From: Tubulanus polymorphus | Lineage: Eukaryota; Animalia; Nemertea | Length of the DNA: 64,000 nt | Assembly: GCF_964204645.1 (NCBI RefSeq) | Contig: NC_134027.1 | Span: 9,022,485 to 9,086,484 of the forward strand | Direction: 5' to 3' | Shown: piece by piece, positions 56,001-64,000 of the stretch | Numbering within the stretch: position 1 is the stretch's first letter | How the letters are laid out: each line of letters begins with the position of its first letter | The notes under the pieces: model-generated | Database searches by the model: none | The model's input: the letters and a program-made list of their open reading frames with translations, nothing else | Told to the model about the DNA's origin: nothing | Made by a program: the position numbers and the translations under genes

Positions 56001-57613
56001 GAACAAAATGAGCTTACATTGTTTGTCGAAATTTCAACAAATCATGATTATTGGTGTACAACTGTATCGCATTCAGGGATTTCACGGGGACGGTAATCAT
56101 AATATATGATGGTGTATTTACGGTATGTGATTTCGTCGCGTCACGCTCGGTGAACAGGAAATTTTTACCTTAAGCTGTAAACAGGAAAGTGCATCTGGCG
56201 CGGGAGTAACAGCCGGGCCTGTTAATACAACACCATCGAATAAACCTTTATACATCATAGCAGTTCGTATGGCGATGGCTCCACCCTGCAAAACAAATCA
56301 AATGTGACTATTATCAAATCAAAAATAGTTTCATGACAAGGATTTTGGAGAAAAGCAGCCAGCGTTTGAAATACCCCCTCCCCCCGCGCTCACTGATGTT
56401 CCGGCCATAAGAAAGTTTGGGGATCAACCTCAAAAGATTCAGTCATTGGTAACACTTTTCATTTGTTTCCATTCAAAATATGCACATGCTTCCAAATTTA
56501 TTTGATTTGAGGCCAAATTGAAGGGATAAAAGCAAAATATTCACCCCAAATATGCTAGAGAAGTTTAAAAATTAGTCCTGATTGGATCTAATTTTTCAAA
56601 CATTTTCTGCGCTAAACTACATGGACCCGACATTTCCGTGGGCAAGTTACAAAAAGGTCCACTTTCAAAAATCAAACTCCAGAGACATGGCAGGCCCCCA
56701 GAGACATGGCAGGCTATGAGGTCGTGAGATCGATTGTCTCGATCAACGTAACTAAAATCCATACCATCGAGTGTCCGTAAATATACGTCGGCAAACCGGG
56801 GTGCTTTTCTTTCATTTGCGCGACGTGTTGCCGTACGTCGTTGCAATACTGCTTGAAATGGTCGATGTGAACTCGGTCGCCTTCACTTCTTCCATGACCA
56901 ACTAGAAATATAGTCAATTAAGCTCGCGTATTACATTTCGCTTACACTTCATAGAGAATTAGACGGCGACGATCCATCACGATTTTAAATTATTCACTTC
57001 AACTTCCCAACAAATTCGCACCGAACATGAATATCATACATTATTCGGCCAACGGGGAGTGATTTGGTTATCGTAATTTTCACAAACCGTAATCGGTAAC
57101 CAAAGGCAACAACGGAATCTGATAAATACGTTGAAGGAAAAATTCATCAGGAGAATGCGCTTGCATTTCATGAGTCCGCAAAGTGTATGCCGAACTTTAC
57201 TTTTATTCCATAATCAGAATTGGCCGGATTTTGCTATTCTTAACTGGCAAAGTGTATGCCGAACTTTACTTTTATTTCATAATCAGAATTGGCCGTATTT
57301 TGCAATTTTTAACTGGCAAAATGTATGCCGAACTTTGCTTTTATTTCATAATCAGAATTGGCCGTATTTGGCAATTTTTAACTGGCAAAATGTATGCCGA
57401 ACTTTATTTTTATTTCATAATCAGAATTGGCCGTATTTTGCAATTTTTAACTGGCTATGTCGGGAAGTTGTACGCTGAACTTTAAGAAATAAACATTTAC
57501 CATGGTCGTGCGCGAAAACCAAATAGCCATCAGTCAACAGTTGCTGGGATACGAACGTATCGTACAGACCACCGGCATGCTCCGCAAAACCGTGACACAA
57601 AAATACCAATGCC
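53070..57613 (-). CDS. MGLL: Monoglyceride lipase-like alpha/beta hydrolase, paralogue 3 (exons 2-8; first coding exon not securely located)
   Basis: Minus-strand exons 57613-57501, 56901-56765, 56285-56169, 55307-55218, 54593-54541, 53949-53787, 53186-53070 (TGA). Motifs CHGFAEHAG, FAHDHVGHGRSEGDR, GHSMGGAIA, YRADPLNWHGG, LHGGDDHICD, YEGLYHQLHAE. Confidence 0.92.
53480..53580 (-). mobile_element. tRNA-derived SINE head remnant
   Basis: Minus strand gtgggcgagtggttagagcgttcacctctc resembles a tRNA D-arm/A-box; no complete cloverleaf. Confidence 0.4.
53987..54218 (+). mobile_element. MITE family C copy (MGLL-3 intron 6)
   Basis: ggctaaaaaaattgataccttgtttctcc ... ggagaaacaaggtatcatttttggttagcc. 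Confidence 0.8.
54638..55134. mobile_element. TIR element (GGGGACCATTCATTTATTA termini); related ends at 21910-22058
   Basis: aggggaccattcatttatta ... taataaatgaatggaccct. Confidence 0.6.
57178..57455. repeat. Minisatellite, 69-bp unit x4
   Basis: gcaaaRtgtatgccgaacttt...cataatcagaattggccg...ttaactg starting at 57178, 57247, 57316 and 57385. Confidence 0.95.
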
Positions 57614-58460
57614 CTGAAAAACATAAATCAGATCATAACAATGAAATTACGTTTAATTTCTTATTGAGGCCAGACGGCATTGAAATATTTCTTCATCGAG
57701 CTAGCTAACCTAGACGTGTATCTATGGAACGAGAATGTTTATCGTTATAATTACCCGAACGCCTTTTGATAGGCCTAATTACTGTCACCAACGTAGAAAG
57801 CATTTTATGACATAATTTGAAAATTATACTTTTTTATCACTTTCCATTACTGCTATAAAAGCAGGAGGATGATTATCTCATCCATTTAGGGTTACTTATT
57901 TTTTTTTAGATTTCTTCATCGAGCACCTAGAACGCAAGTTCTACCCAACTGTCAAGCGAGTACTTTGTTAAATAAGCGTTAACGCAAGATGTTTGAAGTG
58001 CGCTGCTTAAATCACGATATTGACAAGACAGCTCATCTTCCCCTGCGCATAGAAATGAATACCCCCTCGTCAAACATCAGATGATTCGGCCGCTGGCGGT
58101 ATATCGGTAATTTCGCGGCGGTACATCCCGCCTGTAATGATTAACTAACTCCCGAAACGGTTGAGTCTGCAACATTTTACCCGTCATTGAATTATCAATT
58201 TATTTCCCAGTGAACGATGAGCGCAACATCATCGACAAACCACTTAATTCGAACGCCGATATCCGCGTCGACTGGTGTTAAGGGAATATCCTATAACGAA
58301 ATTAGCCGATACTATAAACAAGCAGTCCGTCAACGGTTCGACGACGCGAAATTGGTTTTTCCCCGTTCGGAGATGAGTACGTTTAATGACAATCGACTTT
58401 CGAACATTTAAAACCACTAGTACGATCACAAGTCAATAAATGATGCAACTTACAGACAAT

Positions 58461-59204
58461 AGCCGCGTTCACACGACAACTAGTTAGACCGGTCTAAATG
58501 GGTCCGTACCTGGTCCGGTCCAAATTTAGACCGGACCAAATTTTGGTGAGCGTTCACACGGCGTTTTGAAATGCGGTGATAAAATCGCTTGTCATCGGGC
58601 CCTCAAGATGTCGCCATCTGCTAAATAATTAATTGCGCCTGGATGAAGTCTTGCTTCCAGATTCCAAGTAGAGCAAGACATTATTTGACCAATTCGATCC
58701 TATGTCACGTTTATACATTTTTGCGAATTCGATTTTATTCTATCATGCTGATACTCTAAGTGTCGTTTAAACACGGTTCAAAGCACGGCAGTAAAACGGA
58801 TGATGATCGCGATATGCGAATACGAATTACGCTCCAAACATTTCCATTGAATAGGGAGGAAAAAGAGTACTTAAAAATAATTACATAAACGGTAATAAAA
58901 GCATTTAAAACTTAATAAACTGGACTCACACTCTACTGCAGAGGTTGCGACATCTACCGCAGAGATTCAGAATTACGATTTAGACCGGACCTGGTACTAG
59001 TTTCTGTCCACACATGCATATTTAGACCGGTCCAAAATTTGGTCCGGACCTGGTTTGCTCTTTCAGACCGTGCCAAATTAGACCGGTCTAAAGTAGACTG
59101 GTCTAATTTGGAACGGTATGTTTGCCCGTGTGAATGCTTGGTCCGGTCTAAATTGGACCGGACCAAATTTAGACCGGTCTAAATTTCGTCGTGTGAACGC
59201 GCCT
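58461..59204. mobile_element. ~745-bp non-autonomous TIR element with subterminal TTAGACCGGTCTAA palindromes
   Basis: agccgcgttcacacgac ... gtcgtgtgaacgcgcct; many (ga)ccggtc/ggaccg motifs at both ends. Confidence 0.85.
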
Positions 59205-59937
59205 AATGTTGAAATACATGTATGCGAGAAAGATGAACAAAAAAGAAAAACAAAAAAAGACCACAATTTCTCATCGCAGACTGGTGGGTGGCCACTTTTA
59301 TATGAATTGCTTTTTCCCTGACAAGAATATTGTTTTTCCCTGATTTTATTTGCTAAGAATCCAATAAACGAACACAGTCAACGGTAAAAACAGAATGGAA
59401 ACCCTTTGATTTTACGCGCGATTCTAGCAATCTCATCTCTATTTCCCCAGCTATTCCCTGATTTTTAGCTTTTTCACAAAATTCCCTGCCTATTCCCAGA
59501 CTTTTTTTAAGAAATTTCCCTGATTTCGGGTAAATGGCCACCCTGACAGAGGGATTCAAACCGCAATGGCATCACGAGATTCAGCGACCATAGACTGCGT
59601 GTATCCTCGCTTTCATATTTGACACGTCACCAACTCCATTTACGAATTCGTCGAAACTTCTATACAACTGATAAGAGTTGCTAACTGAAACTAAGGTAGG
59701 CCTGCTTAATCTGATGACATCCAGTGAATATTCATTGACATACGGACAACTTCAATCAGAACTCGGGTTATTGCGAAATGACCAAGGACGCACGATTCTG
59801 ACAACGTTATTAAAGCGCTTAATAAAATCGAATGATTACTCTTCACAAGGAATACGTGGTCAGCGATGATGTAATTACATTCACTACGATACGAATGATT
59901 ACCGTATTCCCGACAGAAATACCAACTGGTGGGTCTA

Positions 59938-60268
59938 AAGCCGGGCGTAGGTCAGCCTTGCGACGCGACGGGATCGTCGCGTTGCGTCACAAGTGACCGC
60001 GCAAGTCGGTTGCGATGCAGTTGTCAGCGACTGTGTGCGACTAGTTGCTGCCAGTCGCAACAGCACGCAGGTCAGTTGCGTCGCGTCGCAGAAAGTAGAA
60101 CATGTGCGACTCATTGCGACTGGCGTCGCTGGCAGTCGCAACCCGTCGCTGGCAGTCACAAGGTAGCGTAGGTCGGTGAGTCGTTGTGACGCGATCGTCG
60201 CTGGTGGTCGCAGTGAATCACGTCGCAGTGAGTCGCAAGCCGTCGCAAGGCCGACATACGCCCGCCTT
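59938..60268. mobile_element. GC-rich MITE with ~28-bp TIRs and internal GTCGC/GCGAC repeats
   Basis: aagccgggcgtaggtcagccttgcgacg ... cgtcgcaaggccgacatacgcccgcctt. Confidence 0.8.
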
Positions 60269-60270
60269 AA

Positions 60271-60553
60271 AGCCCCTATCGGACAGAACGATTTGGCGCG
60301 GCCCAAATCGGCACGGATCAGTCACATTAGGCCTGCGGTATATTAGAGAGCGTGTTCACACGCAAACCACTCACTCGATACTAAACAATGCTTTAACAAA
60401 GCGAAGTGAATCACTTCCGGAACCAGTTGCCATTCACACACTGATTGACCCGTGCTAAAATTTGGCTCAAGCCAAACAGGCACGGGCTCATTTGGCACAG
60501 TTGTCCCGGACCAAATTTGACCAGGGCGAAAAATGCTTTGTGTGATCGCAGCT
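60271..60553 (+). mobile_element. MITE family A copy abutting the preceding MITE
   Basis: Family core; ends gtgtgatcgcagct. Confidence 0.8.
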
Positions 60554-61330
60554 TATAAAACCTCGAATGCAAAAATGGCGAAATTCGATATCGAAAAGAA
60601 AATCAAATAAATAAATGTGAAAAATAAGGAGTCAGGATTTGAAGTTAGAGATTTTTTTAGGTTTTTAGAATAAGTTAGGCCTAACCATGATCATATAAAC
60701 ATCTTTCTGCAGGCATTAGGCCTATATCCGCAAATGGTGACGTTTGAAGAAAGGAACATATGAAGACTAAAAACTGAAATGAATAATCCATAAAACATGC
60801 ATTTAGAACAATCGAAAGGGCCTCCGAATGAACAGTGGGAACACGATTTTAAAAAAAAGATGAATAATGCAGCGAATATGTTTTACAAAAATAGCCTAGC
60901 TATTTGTATAATATCTCAATGAGTTGAACGCATGATTGAATCAATTAAACTGACGACCGGCTTGCAAGATATTCGAAATAGCGCTAATTTGTTCTTTTTT
61001 TGAATACATCGTAATAACGCCATCATCAGTAACGCCATCGTCATTCTTCACGCATCTACGATCAGCAGTAGACGCGCGGTTTTTTTTCTGGTAACAAAAC
61101 GTTCACCGACGAAAACCAAATTGCCACTTGATGGCATGAATCAGTATGCGAGGCATTCCGCGTCTCGGTAATTCTCGACGCCGAACGAACGCAGAAAATC
61201 GCGATTCAGACACATATACATATATAAGGGACATGACGATACTGACGGAAATATCATCTACAGCACACGGTGAATAACAGCGAGGTGATGAGAAAATCGA
61301 CTATCGTCTGATGACGAATTAGTCACTCAC

Positions 61331-61461
61331 CCGATTGCGGGATGTCGAAACGTTCTTAAGGGACCGAAAACACAGTAAAGTAAACCGGATGATGATATTA
61401 TATGCGTCAATGCTTTTACTAAGTGTCCCCTGCTAGCTGTAGTATATATCTTTTCCGTCAT
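61331..61461 (-). other. Candidate first exon of MGLL paralogue 3 (coding 44-aa leader or non-coding exon)
   Basis: Strong donor CGG|GTGAGT at 61331/61330. ATG at 61461 opens a stop-free frame ending in phase 2, as exon 2 requires. A TATATA (61448) lies 28 nt upstream of an Inr-like TTAGT (A at 61420). No clear homology to MGLL exon 1. Confidence 0.3.
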
Positions 61462-64000
61462 ATATGCAATATAGCTATACTCGATGCCCTCATGTGATAT
61501 CCACCGATTGGTAGAATGCTAGCTGCACATTGGTTCTGTTTTCCTATTAACATTTTTTGCTCTTGGAATAAGACAAATTTTTCTACATCGATAATTCTAC
61601 ATGTTGTTGATTAAGAATTTATATTCCAATTGTTTTTTTTTACCAGGCTCGAGCGGTCCTGATATCCTAGTGGATCTGTTCGCATGCCTCTCGCTTCAGT
61701 GTCTGATGAGTTCCTATACCCTCAGATTGCACCAATATGGGCGCTCAACTACAGATTCCGTCCTCCAGAAGCAGATACAAATTGAATAGGATCATTTTGG
61801 GCGACATAAGCTGGACGCTCATCCTCCTCACCACTAGCCCAGCGCAGAGAAGGTTTAAAATCTGGCTTTTTTTTCTTTATTTAGGTTTGAGGTCTGCAAC
61901 ACCCCGGATTTTTGCATTACTCTCTTTTAGATCCTGATTATTTCACGCGACAAGTGATTTGTCTTTGTATAATAATTGCAATTCTGAGAAAGGAATATTT
62001 GATGCTTATGACGCATCTGATGAAAAGTACATTTTTCACGTGAAGCACTGTCGGAAGAAGCCTCAAAGAAATCTAGAACCAATAGCCATTTTTCATTCAT
62101 TTGTTTCAATACGCCTGCTGTCTGTAAACGAGTGTGAACACGGTGTGTCTTTCAACTTTTCCCCGATGAAAAATGGTGGAATTGTTGTTAACGATTTACT
62201 GACAACAGAAACAAATGGAAGAACTGTCTGTGTTCAGTCGATATAATATCGCCGTCAAGTGCTACACGATTATGCGTACATTAGCAATAATGATGGATAT
62301 CTGACATATAGGTATGGTATGCAAATCCATATTGAAATTCTAGTAAGTTAAATATTCCGCATAAAATTGATGCCAACATTGATTTTGTCGAAGCTATATG
62401 AATCATTCATGAATAGTGTTTGAATGGTCTTAAAATATGACACTAATTTTCTACATCCAGAAATTAAGGTTGGCGGAAATGAAATGAAGATCAAATAGAA
62501 ATATCAAGATTGCAGTAAAAACTAAGACGCTAAACAGGTTTTTCCTGAAAAATTTTTCAAACGTGAAAACAGAAATTACCTCCTGCAAAAAGTATTCACG
62601 AATAAACCACACCAGCAGCAAGCTTTAATCTATGAAAGGTAATAATGCCAATAGCCCCACAAATGAATGTCTATCAAAAGCTGGTCGACTGATAAGAAAT
62701 ACATCTTTCCCTTCTTACACAATCAACAAACGCAAGAAACAGTATTTAGCGAAATTCATTATTTGACCAAAGCCTCAAACAGTATTTTAGATGGACGCAG
62801 AAGCCTAAGGCCCCCAGACGACATTCCTTTGATGAAATGCATATGCGGATAAAAAACGCGTCTTTTTAACCAAATATGACTAGCTAGCTGACAAAATCTC
62901 GAAAAAATTGATGTCACTCGACATCCGGTCCGGTTCATAAGGGAAATTGTAACTAGAGAATAATATCACGCTATAATCCGGCAGTTGAAGCGCATGATTC
63001 AGAAGAATCTATTGAATACATCCTATTTAGATTGATGCGTTGAATTAGTTTGAAGTTTAGAACACGGATGAACGTACAACTTGCAAACACTTTGCAACAA
63101 TTTATGATTGCTAAACAGAGTCGAATTCTTTAAGGAGGGCATTTACAAAGTTTTAGGCTATGCGAGTTTTTTAGCGAGTTAAAAAAACTCTTCCATTTCC
63201 TTCTTTCTTCTACATTCCATTTATCTGAGTCCAACCAGGAAATAAATTTGACAAATATTTCTGATCTCATATCAACACAGAGCACGTACATTTTTCATAT
63301 AGGCCTAGATTCTATGGTATGGTGTTGTATGGTGTGGTGTGGTATATTTAGTATGGTAGTTTATTTTGAATAATAGAATGATACAAAGATACAGCTCTCT
63401 GATATGATAGCTTTGAAAAGCCGTTGTTTACATCAGTTCAGTTACAACACATCAGTACCCTAACTAAAACTAGAACAACCTTTGACCTTTACAATGGAAG
63501 AAGCCTAACTCGACTTGACATCAGTACTCAAGATGGATTCAGATGGACTCTATAGGCCTATGGCCCTCTACCCCTTTGGTTGCAAAGCACGATACCATAC
63601 GATACAATATGATATATTATTGTGTTTGAGAAAGCAAATGTACTGATTTTCAGGACATGTTACAATTGTCAAATGATGATTGGACTTGATCGGTGAATAT
63701 TTTCGATGATTTCAATCTGTTCTCCTTTCATTATTTCAAATAAGACCAAGTATCATCTTCGAATTATTCTGTACGTTAAATAATCCTCTGGCTTTTGAGG
63801 AATCGTCATTGTCATGATAAATAATCGCCTTGAGAACATGGCCAGCTGGAACCCATATAATCCTGATAATTTAGCTATTTTTACGCTCAATATCAAATCA
63901 AGCCAGTATTTTCTCTGTTCACCACAGTTCAAGTGAAGCCGGTATAATTCCACATAGCTTTACGATATAATAGTAATTTTCAGCCTGTTCAATTTTCTCG

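Noticed and set aside
57131-57485. Repetitive 100-115 aa ORFs; superficially CRISPR-like periodicity
   Set aside because: 69-bp tandem minisatellite with no unique spacers, in a eukaryotic intron with no cas genes.
58066-58175. GC-rich minus-strand block with an acceptor as candidate MGLL-3 exon 1
   Set aside because: ATG-initiated frames hit stop codons and no MGLL motif is present.
59929-60458. 80-123 aa ORFs rich in A/T/R/S/C
   Set aside because: They lie entirely within GC-rich MITEs; open frames arise from low stop-codon density.
61308-61354. CTGATGA...GAAACGTT hammerhead-like pair
   Set aside because: No stem II closes directly between the cores and there is no helix I pairing.

Overview
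AT-rich eukaryotic (invertebrate animal-like) genomic DNA with spliced genes; almost all entries in the supplied ORF track are spurious. By reading splice sites and translating by hand I find four genes. (1) The 3' 16 coding exons (~575 aa, coiled coil) of an LRRCC1/CLERC orthologue on + (19989-38089); its LRR-encoding 5' exons are not in the window, so 1-19988 is probably one >20 kb intron. (2-4) A cluster of three monoglyceride lipase (MGLL-like) paralogues: a complete + gene (41400-45891), a complete - gene (49934-46711) with a GC-AG first intron, and a - gene (57613-53070) whose homologous first exon I could not find. Introns and intergenic DNA carry many short non-autonomous TIR elements (one family in ~16 copies), tRNA-derived SINE remnants, Helentron-like elements, Penelope-like remnants (one with an intact minimal hammerhead ribozyme core), tandem repeats and a (TA)n foldback. 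Best leads: the diverged MGLL triplet, a possible non-homologous first exon for the third MGLL, a possible antisense transcription unit nested in the LRRCC1 giant intron, and the hammerhead. I see no prokaryote-type system, CRISPR array, rRNA or intact tRNA. Homology calls rest on recalled human sequences, not on a database search.
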